The position numbers were made by a program, and so were the translations under genes. This document shows positions 10,506-19,752 of a DNA stretch of 64,000 bases, in pieces (the first letter of the stretch is position 1; each line of letters starts with the position of its first letter). Source of the stretch: Bacteroidota bacterium (GTDB lineage Bacteria > Bacteroidota > Bacteroidia > NS11-12g > UBA955). The stretch covers positions 4,970 through 68,969 of the forward strand of contig JBEEMF010000057.1 of the NCBI GenBank assembly GCA_041192805.1, given 5' to 3'. Under the pieces are notes generated by a model. It made no database searches and was not told the DNA's origin. It saw nothing but the letters and a program-made list of their open reading frames with translations.

Positions 10506-10859
10506 ATGGAAACCGTAATTTCTTCTGTTGAAACCGCCCCCGTTAAATTTACTTCTTCTGCTTTGGCTGAATTGCATCGACTTCAAGCGAGTTTGGAATT
10601 GAGCGACGACCAGTATTTGCGCATCGGCGTTAAAGGCGGTGGGTGTTCCGGAATGAGCTATTTGTTGGCTTTCGATAAAAAAGAAGAGGGCGATACCATT
10701 TACGACGTTGACGGGATAAGAACTGTGATGAATAAAGCCCACGTAATGTATGTGCTGGGAATGGAAGTGGATTGGGAAAATGGATTGGCAAATCGCGGGT
10801 TCTCATTCAATAACCCCAATGCGGAATCTACTTGCGGCTGCGGACAGTCTTTTTCTTGA
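10506..10859 (+). CDS. iron-sulfur cluster insertion/assembly protein (HesB/IscA/ErpA family)
   Basis: About 117 aa with the GGCSGMSY and C-terminal CGCGQSF cysteine motifs of A-type carriers. ATG 10506 is preceded by TAAATTTG 5 nt upstream. The longest ORF begins at 10425. Confidence 0.85.
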   Translation: METVISSVETAPVKFTSSALAELHRLQASLELSDDQYLRIGVKGGGCSGMSYLLAFDKKEEGDTIYDVDGIRTVMNKAHVMYVLGMEVDWENGLANRGFSFNNPNAESTCGCGQSFS

Positions 10860-10877
10860 TCTTAAGGATCGGTTCCG

Positions 10878-12119
10878 ATGTCGATGTTCGCCGAAAATAT
10901 CAAACAAGGACTGGGTTCGGTAAAAGCCCACGCCACTAGAGCGGTCATCACTTCGAGTATCATAGCCATTGGGATTGCGGCCTTGGTTGGCATCCTCACG
11001 AGCATCAGTGCGATGCAAATCGCTGTGACAAAGACCTTCAGCAAAATGGGGTCGCAGAGTTTTACGATCAAAAATGCGGGGGGTGTGAAGCGATATGGGG
11101 AAGTGGACGACAATACGCGACTTACGTTTGATGAGGCTTGGGAGTTTCAGAAGCGGATGGAGGGTAGGAATTCTACGGTTGCCCTGAGTATTAATGCGGA
11201 TTTTGCAGGGAAGGCCTCCTTTCAGTCGGCCGAAACCAACCCTAATGTTCGGGTGATTGGCATCGATGAAGATTATTTAAAAACGGCAAATTATGAATTG
11301 GGTGCGGGGCGGACGTTCACTGATAACGAGGTGACACGTGCTGTGCCGGTAGTTGTGGTGGGTCAGGAAATCGTAGATAAGTTGTTTCCCGGCTCCGATA
11401 AAATGGGGAGGGCCATCAATCAGGTGATTGCGGTAAATGGAAAGCCGTATCGCGTGGTTGGATCCTTGCAAACCAAGGGATCGAGTATGGGAATGAGCGG
11501 TGGCGATAGAGTGATTTTTGTGCCGATTACCCGTGCCAAGCGCGACATGAAAAACATGCAGGACAATTGTATGATAAATGTGGCGGTTGACAAGGTGCTG
11601 GATTTGGACGAAAGCATGAGTGAGGCTTATACGTTGATGCGCAGAATTAAGCGTTTAAAACCTGGCGAAGAAGAAAATTTCGTGATTCAGCAAAGCACGG
11701 CGATGGCTAAGGAAGCGCTGGAGAATATCAAAATGGTGTCGGGAGTAGGTACGGTGATCGCGATTATTACGTTGTTGGGTGCGGCGGTCAGTTTGATGAA
11801 TATTATGCTGGTATCGGTTACCGAACGTACCCGAGAAATCGGTTTGCGCAAGGCGTTGGGTGCCACGGCAAAACAGATAAAGAATCAGTTTTTGATTGAG
11901 GCGGTGGTGATATGCCAGATCGGTGGTGCCGGCGGAATTTTGCTGGGCTTGATTATCGGCAATTTGGTTGGCGTGGCCTTGGGCGCAGGATTTGTTGCTC
12001 CGTGGGAGTGGATGCTGCTTGCCGTTGTGGTTTGTATTGTGGTGGGACTGGGTGCAGGTTTGTATCCAGCGAGTCGCGCGTCGCGCTTGGATCCGATTGA
12101 GGCGCTAAGGTTTGATTGA
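10878..12119 (+). CDS. ABC transporter permease, FtsX/MacB family
   Basis: 413 aa. It has an N-terminal transmembrane helix, a large periplasmic domain, and a C-terminal FtsX-type 3-TM bundle (ERTREIGLRKALGA). Confidence 0.85.
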   Translation: MSMFAENIKQGLGSVKAHATRAVITSSIIAIGIAALVGILTSISAMQIAVTKTFSKMGSQSFTIKNAGGVKRYGEVDDNTRLTFDEAWEFQKRMEGRNSTVALSINADFAGKASFQSAETNPNVRVIGIDEDYLKTANYELGAGRTFTDNEVTRAVPVVVVGQEIVDKLFPGSDKMGRAINQVIAVNGKPYRVVGSLQTKGSSMGMSGGDRVIFVPITRAKRDMKNMQDNCMINVAVDKVLDLDESMSEAYTLMRRIKRLKPGEEENFVIQQSTAMAKEALENIKMVSGVGTVIAIITLLGAAVSLMNIMLVSVTERTREIGLRKALGATAKQIKNQFLIEAVVICQIGGAGGILLGLIIGNLVGVALGAGFVAPWEWMLLAVVVCIVVGLGAGLYPASRASRLDPIEALRFD

Positions 12120-12171
12120 TTGTTGGCGACGATAAAAACGAATGCCACAAATGCTTTTCGGCCACTTGCGA

Positions 12172-12873
12172 CTAAAAATTCATGCCTAGAGACAAAGTGT
12201 TTTGCATGTATAGATCTTTTCTTTTTTCTATGTTTGTGTGGTCTGAATCAATTACTATCATTGCGTTTTCCAACGTGTTGGTGTTGTAGACCTTTTTTGT
12301 AACAAAACACCCAATTCCAAGATTATAACCAATACTGAACTTCTCGTTTATATTGTATCGAATACCAGCGCCGCTAACCAACGTGTAGTGATAACCAACA
12401 TTGACGCAATTCCTTTTCATGTTATCGGACAGGTGATTTAAGCCTAGGCCAACGTAAACATATGGGGCAAATTTTGAGTTTTCTTTGAGCAATATGTCAT
12501 TTGCAAACTTATATTTTATCGCAATATTCCCTGAAACCATTAGAGATCGTAGTTCTCCCATTCCCAATCCTTCACAACCAGGGCATCTGAGTTCTAGAGG
12601 GACTACCACGCCATTCTCATGTTCTGGATGATATCCGAAATGACCAATAGAACCAGTGATGTTTACATCAAACGATTTGTTGAGGTAAGCACCGAAAGAC
12701 GTATTTACCGCCCCAAAGCAAACAGTATTGAATTTGAAAAAGCTACTCCCCAGATTCCCATTGTAATGTTGAATTGATGCGCCAAGGGTGAGGCCAAATT
12801 TATTGGTTGTGCTTTGACCCTTGGCGCTCAGGGTACTCAAGAGTAATAAGGTGACAATTAGATTTTTTTTCAT
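12172..12873 (-). CDS. outer-membrane beta-barrel protein (porin-like)
   Basis: Signal peptide MKKNLIVTLLLLSTLSAKGQ, alternating beta-strand pattern, and a C-terminal aromatic residue (LSLGMNF). The first ATG is at 12873. The ORF-track start at 12882 is TTG. Confidence 0.65.
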   Translation of the reverse strand: MKKNLIVTLLLLSTLSAKGQSTTNKFGLTLGASIQHYNGNLGSSFFKFNTVCFGAVNTSFGAYLNKSFDVNITGSIGHFGYHPEHENGVVVPLELRCPGCEGLGMGELRSLMVSGNIAIKYKFANDILLKENSKFAPYVYVGLGLNHLSDNMKRNCVNVGYHYTLVSGAGIRYNINEKFSIGYNLGIGCFVTKKVYNTNTLENAMIVIDSDHTNIEKRKDLYMQNTLSLGMNF

Positions 12874-12990
12874 CCACGCCAATTAAGGTGAAAATTGTAT
12901 TATTTGAGTCTCTTTGATGTCATATTTTTGTCAATTACAGAGGTTTAGTGTTGATTAGCTGATTGTTAATCAATCTATTAAACAACAAGA

Positions 12991-13007
12991 GGGAGGCATG
13001 GCCTCCC
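12991..13007 (-). terminator. rho-independent terminator downstream of gcvT
   Basis: Hairpin gggaggc-atg-gcctccc. On the minus strand it is followed by tcttgttgttt. Confidence 0.7.
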
Positions 13008-13059
13008 CCTTGTTTACTGGGTATTTGAAAAATTTTCTATCGGACAGAACCGAAAAGGA

Positions 13060-14154
13060 TTACATAAAAGGAATCTTACAAACCGTTGCTTTCAACAATT
13101 TGCCGCGCACTTCGACATAAATTTCAGAACCCGCTGAAGCGAATTCGCTCTTCACGTAGCCCAAGCCGATTGCTTTGTTCAAGCTAGGACTCATCGTTCC
13201 GCTGGTTACTTCGCCAATGACCGCGCCGCTCGCATCGCACAAGGGGTAGTACTGACGAGGAATGCCTCTATCGACCAATTCGAAACCTACCAATTTCTTG
13301 GTGGGCTTATTTTCTTTAATCGCCTGGTGGTGCTCGCTCATCATGAAAGGATGATTGAATTTCGTGATCCATCCCAAACCCGCTTCAATTGGAGAAGTTT
13401 CGTCGTTGATGTCGTGTCCGTACAAGCAAAAACCTTTCTCCAAACGCAGAGTATCTCTGGCACCCAATCCAATTGGCTTGATACCAAATTGTGCACCCGC
13501 TTCAAATACTTTGTCCCACAGAGCACGCGCATCGTCGTTCTTTACGTACAACTCAAATCCGCCCGCGCCGGTATAACCAGTGCAAGAAATGATCAATTGC
13601 AAACCTGCCAATTCGCCTTCCACAAAATGGTAGTAAGGGATATCAGAAAGATTCACGGCTGTCAATTTTTGCAATGCTTCCGTTGCTTTTGGACCTTGAA
13701 TCGCCAACAAGCTGTATTCTGGGCTCACATCCGTGATGGTAGCGCCGTAGTTTTTATTCTGTTCGTGAATCCAAGCCAAATCTTTGTCGATGTTGCCCGC
13801 ATTGATCACCAACAAATACTTTTCTGCATTGAAGCGATAAACCAAAAGGTCATCCACGATACCGCCTGTGGCGTTGGGCATACAAGAGTATTGGACGCGA
13901 CCATCGTATAGTGTGCTGACATCGTTGGTGGTGATAAATTCGATTAGATCATAGGCTTTTGGGCCTTCAACCCAGACTTCACCCATGTGACTTACATCAA
14001 AAACGCCCATTGCATTGCGCACGCAATTGTGTTCAAGAATGAGGTTGTCGTAAAGTACGGGCATGTTAAAACCTGCGAAAGGGACCATCTTGGCGCCCAA
14101 TGAAGTATGTAACTCAGAGAGGGCGGTTGATTTTAAAGCTTGGTTGTCTGACAT
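13060..14154 (-). CDS. gcvT: glycine cleavage system aminomethyltransferase T
   Basis: 364 aa. Matches GcvT along its full length by eye (GFNMPVLY, FDVSHMGE, GYTGAGGFELY). Confidence 0.92.
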   Translation of the reverse strand: MSDNQALKSTALSELHTSLGAKMVPFAGFNMPVLYDNLILEHNCVRNAMGVFDVSHMGEVWVEGPKAYDLIEFITTNDVSTLYDGRVQYSCMPNATGGIVDDLLVYRFNAEKYLLVINAGNIDKDLAWIHEQNKNYGATITDVSPEYSLLAIQGPKATEALQKLTAVNLSDIPYYHFVEGELAGLQLIISCTGYTGAGGFELYVKNDDARALWDKVFEAGAQFGIKPIGLGARDTLRLEKGFCLYGHDINDETSPIEAGLGWITKFNHPFMMSEHHQAIKENKPTKKLVGFELVDRGIPRQYYPLCDASGAVIGEVTSGTMSPSLNKAIGLGYVKSEFASAGSEIYVEVRGKLLKATVCKIPFM

Positions 14155-14169
14155 GGATATTAAGTTTTA

Positions 14170-14177
14170 CAAATATA
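14170..14177 (-). promoter_or_regulatory. -7 box TATATTTG, 15 nt before gcvT ATG
   Basis: The plus strand reads caaatata. The box lies immediately downstream (minus sense) of the 14186-14200 terminator. Confidence 0.5.
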
Positions 14178-14185
14178 CTAAAAAA

Positions 14186-14200
14186 GCCCCGAATCGGGGC
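14186..14200. terminator. bidirectional hairpin terminator (A5-gccccg-aat-cggggc-T6)
   Basis: 6-bp GC stem flanked by an A run and a T run. It ends the 14809-14294 minus-strand unit upstream of the gcvT promoter. Confidence 0.8.
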
Positions 14201-14293
14201 TTTTTTATGGGGTGAAATGGAAGTCGAATCAACAAGAACTGGCTGATTTGCCCAAGTCAAAAGCACATCGAACGGCTTTGAAATATGATTTAA

Positions 14294-14473
14294 TTATTTA
14301 ATGAAGTAAGGAAATGAAACTTCAACGTCGGTATCGCCAGGTTCGCAACTGCCTGTTTTGATGCCTGGTTGGTGTTTCAATCGAACAACAATTCTGCCGA
14401 AATCAGCACCGCCCTGAAACAGAAGTATTAGGGCCAGAAGAACGCGAGCGATATGGATGCGACACCCTAGCAT
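14294..14473 (-). CDS. hypothetical small protein (59 aa), below the ORF-track cutoff
   Basis: My own translation of the minus strand gives MLGCRIHIARVLLALILLFQGGADFGRIVVRLKHQPGIKTGSCEPGDTDVEVSFPYFIK. It starts 9 nt after the stop of the 14483-14809 gene and ends about 90 nt before the 14186-14200 terminator. The N-terminus is hydrophobic and signal-like. Confidence 0.35.
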   Translation of the reverse strand: MLGCRIHIARVLLALILLFQGGADFGRIVVRLKHQPGIKTGSCEPGDTDVEVSFPYFIK

Positions 14474-14482
14474 CGAAATGGC

Positions 14483-14809
14483 TTAGGCCAACTGCTGGAG
14501 TTGGTTGGTCATAACACGCAACTCATCACGGTTGAGGGCGTTGTCTGATTTTACACAAAGTGCCAAGAAATATGCGAAATTCTCTTCTGGAGTTTCAATT
14601 TCTTCAGCCAATTCAGTGTCGAAGGCTTCGTTGGATTCCAAATGCTGCCAAGCCAAACGCAATGCGCGAGTCACCAAAGGATCGTTCTCCTGAAGTGCAT
14701 GTTCGCGAGCTGCTTGTAACTGAGGGATAAGGGTCTCGGCAGAAATACCGTTTTTCTCTACACTTTCGATAGCGCTGTTGAGTATGTCGTTGGCTTCTTT
14801 GGTATGCAT
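14483..14809 (-). CDS. hypothetical protein (108 aa, acidic, helical)
   Basis: Clean ORF with a TATCTTTG box 14 nt upstream of the ATG on the minus strand. I recognise no family. Confidence 0.55.
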   Translation of the reverse strand: MHTKEANDILNSAIESVEKNGISAETLIPQLQAAREHALQENDPLVTRALRLAWQHLESNEAFDTELAEEIETPEENFAYFLALCVKSDNALNRDELRVMTNQLQQLA

Positions 14810-14823
14810 AATTGTATAAAATG

Positions 14824-14831
14824 CAAAGATA
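14824..14831 (-). promoter_or_regulatory. -7 box TATCTTTG, 14 nt before ATG 14809
   Basis: The plus strand reads caaagata. Confidence 0.45.
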
Positions 14832-14844
14832 ACGATTTTTTGGA

Positions 14845-15717
14845 TTATTTAGGAGAGAACCGTGTGGCCAAAAATACTCCGCCCATGATTAGGGTCATCG
14901 TAGCGACTTTGGTGACAGTTAATGTATCGGCTCCAAGCAATACCGCAATGATGCTAGCCATCACCGGCTGAAGGTAGATGTAAAGCCCCGCAAGTGTGGG
15001 TCCCGCTTTTTTTACCGCATAAGAATTGAGTAAATAGACCAAGAAACTCGTAAAGAATAAGACATAAACGACTTTGGCAGTGACGTTGGGTGTGAAGGCT
15101 TGGAAATCGGTGTGCAATAATGCCCATCCGCCAATTGGTAACATGTATAAAGTGCCAAAGGTGAAAGTGATCTTATTGATGGTGATGGGTTTATATATAT
15201 GGGCGATGCGTTTTACGCGGACCAAATAGATGGCATAGAATAGGGCGTTTACGGCGACATACAGATCGCCTGTTAGCGTTTCTTTATTAAATACAGCGCC
15301 TTTGCCAATCATCAACCAAATGCTGCCGGCTGCGGCAATGATTGTTCCTACGATGAACCATGGTTTGGGGTAGGCTTTGACGCGGATGTGGTCGAATATG
15401 CCGACAAATAACGGTGTAACCAACATGAGGATGGCGCCGTTGATTGGGTGGGTGAGGGCCAAGCCGTGAAAAAATAGATACATGTTGGCGCTTGTACCAA
15501 AAAATCCGCAAATCGCGAGTTCTTCGCCATGGGCTTTCCAGTCGATTTTTTCCTTAGTTTGGGTCAGGGCGACAAGGTAAAATAGTATTGTAGCGGTGAT
15601 AACGCGAAGCATGACGAAGGCTTCAGGTCGCAAATAGTTGGGCATGATTTGCCCAGCCCAGGAAAATAGGATTGCGTAGAGCAGGCTGACGAAAAACAGG
15701 GCGATGTGAACGCGCAT
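14845..15717 (-). CDS. EamA/DMT family transporter
   Basis: 290 aa with about 10 transmembrane helices in two EamA-like halves. It shares a TGATG stop/start overlap with the upstream gene. Confidence 0.8.
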   Translation of the reverse strand: MRVHIALFFVSLLYAILFSWAGQIMPNYLRPEAFVMLRVITATILFYLVALTQTKEKIDWKAHGEELAICGFFGTSANMYLFFHGLALTHPINGAILMLVTPLFVGIFDHIRVKAYPKPWFIVGTIIAAAGSIWLMIGKGAVFNKETLTGDLYVAVNALFYAIYLVRVKRIAHIYKPITINKITFTFGTLYMLPIGGWALLHTDFQAFTPNVTAKVVYVLFFTSFLVYLLNSYAVKKAGPTLAGLYIYLQPVMASIIAVLLGADTLTVTKVATMTLIMGGVFLATRFSPK

Positions 15718-16487
15718 CAGGACCAGCCTTTGGATTTTTTGATGTTTTCGTAGGCTTGTTGGACCTTAAGAAATTTGGATTCCGCTGCTTTTTTTTCTGC
15801 ATCGTCCAGTCCACCCAATCTGTCTGGGTGAAAGCGCATCACCATTTTGCGATAGGCTTTTTTTGCTTCTTCTTCGGTTGCGGAGGTGCTGATTTCCAGA
15901 ATTTGAAAATCGCTATCCGGTGAGGCCACGAACATGGCACGAATCGAAAGGTAATCGGGGGTGCTGATGCCCAGCTGGGTGGCAATTTGCTGAAGGAGGT
16001 TGATTTCAGGTGCAGAGATATCGCCATCGGCGCGAGAAATTCTAAATAATACGTGAAGCAGTTCCAGTCGGGGGGAATAGCCCATTCGGTTGCGCAGGTT
16101 TCTGCAGACTTCGGCTAGGTTGTGCGACTGTTTGAGGTAATCGCGAAGTCTGAGCAGTAGCATTCGGGCTTCTTCTTCTCCGTATGTGCGGATTAGCATC
16201 GCCTTTACCATATCGAGTTCGCTTCTAAGGACCGACCCATCGGCATTCATGGTGGCTGCTATTAGGATAAGCAGGGAGTTTTTGAAATCGGAAGGCGGAT
16301 AGTTGTCGCTGTAATAATCTTGGCTATGGCTTCGCTGTTGGTAGGCGCTACTAGTTTTATTCCGTTCGCTTTCAGGGGTGTTTACGAAGTCGATGTACAT
16401 GCCAACGAGAAAGCCTATGACTGCGCCTGTGGGGCCTGACGACATGAGGCCAAGGACGGCACCGGCGATGGAAAACTGAAATTTCAC
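15717..16487 (-). CDS. DjlA-type membrane co-chaperone (TerB-like domain plus C-terminal J domain)
   Basis: N-terminal Gly-rich transmembrane segment, central TerB-like helical region, and a C-terminal J domain with HPD (KKAYRKMVMRFHPDRLGG). It uses a GTG start. Confidence 0.75.
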   Translation of the reverse strand: MKFQFSIAGAVLGLMSSGPTGAVIGFLVGMYIDFVNTPESERNKTSSAYQQRSHSQDYYSDNYPPSDFKNSLLILIAATMNADGSVLRSELDMVKAMLIRTYGEEEARMLLLRLRDYLKQSHNLAEVCRNLRNRMGYSPRLELLHVLFRISRADGDISAPEINLLQQIATQLGISTPDYLSIRAMFVASPDSDFQILEISTSATEEEAKKAYRKMVMRFHPDRLGGLDDAEKKAAESKFLKVQQAYENIKKSKGWS

Positions 16488-16568
16488 TGTATGATTTGGG
16501 GCTTGGTTGAAGAAATAATTTGCGGGTTTACTTTGGTTGAAGAGATTACTTTCAGGTTGGATTTAGGG

Positions 16569-17603
16569 TTAACGACTGTTGAAGTCGTTTAGTTTTTTTA
16601 GTCGGTTATGCAAAACGATGTCTTGAATCACCCAAAGCAGGGGGTCGCCCGATTCTTTGGCCCAGTAAATATTGGTTTCTTTGGTTTTGAGTTTGCCATT
16701 TTTCTCTTCCATGCTATAGGTTTCGCCTGCTGTAACATCCATGGGGTAGATGGTGATGGTTTTGGCGGCTTGGGAGGTGAAGGTATATTCAAAAATCACA
16801 ACGGGTTGGGATTGGGTGATTAGTTTGACAGCGGCGGTGCTATTGTTAATTCCGGCTGGCTCGCCCGCTTCGCGGGCGAGCGTTTTAGACAATTCTAAAT
16901 ATCCAGCAATTAAGCTTTGGTTGGCTGCAATAGGCTGGTTTGAAAGATTTTTTAATTCGATGCGATCATGATCCTGAGAAATAATAAATGATTCTTGGGG
17001 TTGGACGGGGTAAGTGACTTTTATCGATTTGATGTCGGTGACGGACGCATCGATCATAAACATCGACCGCCAGAGTTGAATGTTGGTATTGAAATAGGGT
17101 GTGAGGTAGCCAACAAATCCGGGGACGGTAATTTCGCAAGGACGTTCTGTGCCGGGGAAATACATATAGGTAGCGTCTTGGGTTGGAGTTGGGAATCCTA
17201 CATATAAAGAGTGAACTTCTTTGTTGTCTTGTGAGAAGATGACTTTTGTGCCGTTTAGGGCGATATCTTTAGTTACGGTTTCTTTTGAGGCGTCGGCTAC
17301 GGGACATTTTACCTGCAATTGCGGCATCGCCCAATAGAGTAATTCGTGAATTGCGTGGGTATCGGCGGGGAAAGATTGGGTTTCTGTGCGAACGATCCAA
17401 TGCTCATTAATTTTTTCTAAGGAAAGATAAGGCAGTTTGGTATTGTTGGGGGAGAAGGTAATTTTGGTAATTTTCTGCGGCGATTTGAGGGCAAATATGT
17501 CGTGGGAAATTGCGGTAGTGCTATTGATATTTCGCCATAACACAAAGGTAATGAGGATAGCAGAGATCAATAGGGTTACGGCGATAAGGATGCGTTTTTG
17601 CAT
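16569..17603 (-). CDS. hypothetical membrane-anchored protein (possibly DUF4340-like)
   Basis: An N-terminal transmembrane anchor is followed by a beta-rich ectodomain. Start set at ATG 17603 (MQKRIL) with TACCTTTG 6 nt upstream. The track start at 17612 is TTG and lies inside the box. Confidence 0.55.
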   Translation of the reverse strand: MQKRILIAVTLLISAILITFVLWRNINSTTAISHDIFALKSPQKITKITFSPNNTKLPYLSLEKINEHWIVRTETQSFPADTHAIHELLYWAMPQLQVKCPVADASKETVTKDIALNGTKVIFSQDNKEVHSLYVGFPTPTQDATYMYFPGTERPCEITVPGFVGYLTPYFNTNIQLWRSMFMIDASVTDIKSIKVTYPVQPQESFIISQDHDRIELKNLSNQPIAANQSLIAGYLELSKTLAREAGEPAGINNSTAAVKLITQSQPVVIFEYTFTSQAAKTITIYPMDVTAGETYSMEEKNGKLKTKETNIYWAKESGDPLLWVIQDIVLHNRLKKLNDFNSR

Positions 17604-17609
17604 AGGGTA

Positions 17610-17617
17610 CAAAGGTA
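17610..17617 (-). promoter_or_regulatory. -7 box TACCTTTG, 6 nt before ATG 17603
   Basis: The plus strand reads caaaggta. On the minus strand this gives TACCTTTG-taccct-ATG. Confidence 0.5.
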
Positions 17618-17719
17618 TAAAAGAAATTGTTGAGGCAAGATTGGTAATTGAGGAAATGGTGTTTTTTGGGGATGGATGAATTGGACAGTAAAATTAATGT
17701 GTAAAAAATGCAATAAGGG

Positions 17720-17750
17720 TTTGTCAATTCATAAATAAATACTATTTTTG
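17720..17750 (+). promoter_or_regulatory. consensus Bacteroidota sigma-A promoter for the tRNA-tuf array (TTTG-N19-TATTTTTG)
   Basis: TTTG at 17720-17723, a 19-nt spacer, then TATTTTTG at 17743-17750, 51 nt before tRNA-Thr. It matches the -33 TTTG / -7 TAnnTTTG consensus. Confidence 0.65.
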
Positions 17751-17801
17751 CAGTCCTTTTTGGGATAGTGGCCTCGGTCACACATGTTCTTAACTTTAAA
17801 A

Positions 17802-17874
<73 letters not shown>

Positions 17875-17920
17875 CCAGATATAAAAGTGCAACCGATCAT
17901 GGGGGAACCTTGGATTTATT

Positions 17921-18000
17921 GGGGGCATCGCATAGCGGCAATTGCGGCGGACTGTAAATCCGCTCCTTCGGGTCCAGTGGTTCGAGTCCACTTGCCCCCA
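17921..18000 (+). tRNA. tRNA-Tyr (anticodon GTA)
   Basis: Acceptor stem gggggca/tgccccc, anticodon stem-loop gcgga-CTGTAAA-tccgc, a long variable arm, and T-arm agtgg-TTCGAGT-ccact. Confidence 0.9.
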
Positions 18001-18022
18001 CTACACTTTTATGTCTAATAAT

Positions 18023-18095
18023 GCGGGAGTAGCTCAGTTGGTAGAGCGACAGCCTTCCAAGCTGTAGGTCGCGAGTTCGAGCCTCGTCTCCCGCT
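18023..18095 (+). tRNA. tRNA-Gly (anticodon TCC)
   Basis: Acceptor stem gcgggag/ctcccgc, anticodon stem-loop acagc-CTTCCAA-gctgt, T-loop GTTCGAGCC. Confidence 0.9.
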
Positions 18096-18130
18096 CGCAT
18101 CGAAACAAGGGGCAACTCTTGTGGGGATAA

Positions 18131-18202
18131 GCCGATGTAGCTCAGGGGTAGAGCGTTTCCTTGGTAAGGAAAAGGTCAGGGGTTCAATTCCCCTCATTGG
18201 CT
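18131..18202 (+). tRNA. tRNA-Thr (anticodon GGT)
   Basis: Acceptor stem gccgatg/cattggc, anticodon stem-loop tttcc-TTGGTAA-ggaaa, T-loop GGTTCAATTCC. Confidence 0.9.
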
Positions 18203-18233
18203 CAAAAACAAAAACAACACAAAACAAACAACT

Positions 18234-19415
18234 ATGGCAAAAGAAACATTTGACCGTTCCAAGCCGCACTTGAACATTGGTACTATTGGTCACGTAGACC
18301 ACGGTAAGACCACTTTGACTGCGGCCATCACTACTGTACTGGCCAAGGCTGGTCTTTCTGAAATGCGTTCATTCGAGTCAATCGACTCTGCTCCTGAAGA
18401 GAAAGAGCGCGGTATCACAATTAACACGGCTCACGTTGAGTATTCAACGGCCAACCGTCACTACGCTCACGTTGACTGTCCAGGTCACGCCGACTATGTA
18501 AAGAACATGGTAACGGGTGCTGCACAGATGGATGGTGCGATTTTGGTGGTTGCGTCTACAGACGGTCCAATGCCACAGACACGCGAACATATCTTGTTGG
18601 CTCGTCAGGTTGGTGTTCCTCGTTTGGTTGTATTCATGAACAAAGTCGACATGGTAGACGATCCAGAAATGTTGGATTTAGTTGAAATGGAGATGCGTGA
18701 ATTGTTAGAATTCTACGAATTCTCATCTGACACTCCAATTATCCGTGGATCTGCTTTAGGTGGATTGAATGGAGACGAGAAGTGGGTAGCTACTATCATG
18801 GAATTGATGGCGGCTGTAGATGAGTGGATTCCAGTTCCACCACGTTTGGTTGATATGCCTTTCTTGATGCCTGTAGAAGATGTATTCTCGATCACTGGTC
18901 GTGGTACAGTTGCTACTGGTCGTATCGAGCGTGGTGTAATCAACGTTCAAGACGCTGTAGAAATCATCGGATTTGGTTCAACATTGACATCAACTTGTAC
19001 TGGAGTAGAAATGTTCCGTAAGTTGTTGGATCGTGGTGAAGCGGGTGATAACGCTGGTATCTTATTGCGTGGTATCGACAAAAATGATATCCGTCGCGGT
19101 ATGGTTATCTGTGCTCCTAAATCAGTTACTCCTCACAAGAAGTTCCATGCTGAGGTGTACGTATTGAGCAAAGAAGAAGGTGGACGTCACACTCCATTCT
19201 TCAACAAGTACCGTCCACAGTTTTACTTCCGTACTACAGACGTAACTGGTGAAATCAGTTTGCCTGCAGGTACAGAAATGATCATGCCTGGTGATAACGT
19301 ATCAATTACAGTTGAATTGATTCAGCCTATCGCTATGGAAAAGAACTTGCGTTTCGCTATCCGTGAGGGTGGAAGAACCGTAGGTGCTGGTCAGGTAACT
19401 GAGATTATCGAGTAA
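18234..19415 (+). CDS. tuf: translation elongation factor Tu
   Basis: 393 aa with [18 protein letters not shown] and NKVD GTPase motifs. Confidence 0.98.
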   Translation: MAKETFDRSKPHLNIGTIGHVDHGKTTLTAAITTVLAKAGLSEMRSFESIDSAPEEKERGITINTAHVEYSTANRHYAHVDCPGHADYVKNMVTGAAQMDGAILVVASTDGPMPQTREHILLARQVGVPRLVVFMNKVDMVDDPEMLDLVEMEMRELLEFYEFSSDTPIIRGSALGGLNGDEKWVATIMELMAAVDEWIPVPPRLVDMPFLMPVEDVFSITGRGTVATGRIERGVINVQDAVEIIGFGSTLTSTCTGVEMFRKLLDRGEAGDNAGILLRGIDKNDIRRGMVICAPKSVTPHKKFHAEVYVLSKEEGGRHTPFFNKYRPQFYFRTTDVTGEISLPAGTEMIMPGDNVSITVELIQPIAMEKNLRFAIREGGRTVGAGQVTEIIE

Positions 19416-19439
19416 TAGCCGAGCTATTAAGAATATAAT

Positions 19440-19461
19440 GGGGGCATTGTAAGATGCTCCC
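19440..19461 (+). terminator. hairpin after tuf (weak terminator or processing signal)
   Basis: 8-bp stem gggggcat/atgctccc with one G-T pair and loop tgtaag. The trailing T-tract is poor (atttatac), and tRNA-Trp follows 6 nt later. Confidence 0.3.
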
Positions 19462-19467
19462 ATTTAT

Positions 19468-19538
19468 ACGGGCATAGTTCAATGGTAGAATAGAGGTCTC
19501 CAAAACCTTTGATCAGGGTTCGAATCCTTGTGCCCGTG
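19468..19538 (+). tRNA. tRNA-Trp (anticodon CCA)
   Basis: Acceptor stem acgggca/tgcccgt, anticodon stem-loop gaggt-CTCCAAA-acctt, T-loop GGTTCGAATCC. Confidence 0.88.
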
Positions 19539-19552
19539 CTAATAAAAGCGCG

Positions 19553-19750
19553 ATGTTTGGAAGAATAAATAACTATTTCCGTGAGACCAGAGACGAGTTG
19601 GTTAACAAAGTCAGCTGGCCTACATGGGAAGAATTGAGGGAAAGCACATGGATTGTGCTTGTCGCTTCATTATTATTTGCCCTAGTAATATGGGGGCTTG
19701 ACAGCGTATTGGGTGTAAGTTTAACCCAATTTTATAAACTATTCAAATAA
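19553..19750 (+). CDS. secE: preprotein translocase subunit SecE
   Basis: 65-aa protein with a single transmembrane helix, in the conserved position between tRNA-Trp and nusG (KVSWPTWEEL motif). Confidence 0.88.
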   Translation: MFGRINNYFRETRDELVNKVSWPTWEELRESTWIVLVASLLFALVIWGLDSVLGVSLTQFYKLFK

Positions 19751-19752
19751 TC

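Noticed and set aside
12923-13007. An orphan plus-strand TATTTTTG box at 12923-12930 points toward the gcvT terminator hairpin, which could define a 60-80 nt sRNA. An inverted repeat, TTGATTA-N9-TAATCAA, lies at 12951-12973.
   Set aside because: Several chance TAnnTTTG matches are expected in AT-rich intergenic DNA. On the plus strand the hairpin is followed by a poor U-tract (ccttgtttac). A 7-bp AT-rich inverted repeat is weak evidence. The region is worth a look in RNA-seq data, but the sequence alone does not support a call.
13327-13911. A 194-aa plus-strand ORF lies antisense to gcvT.
   Set aside because: It is fully embedded in the well-supported gcvT gene, resembles no family and has no promoter box. 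It is a shadow ORF.
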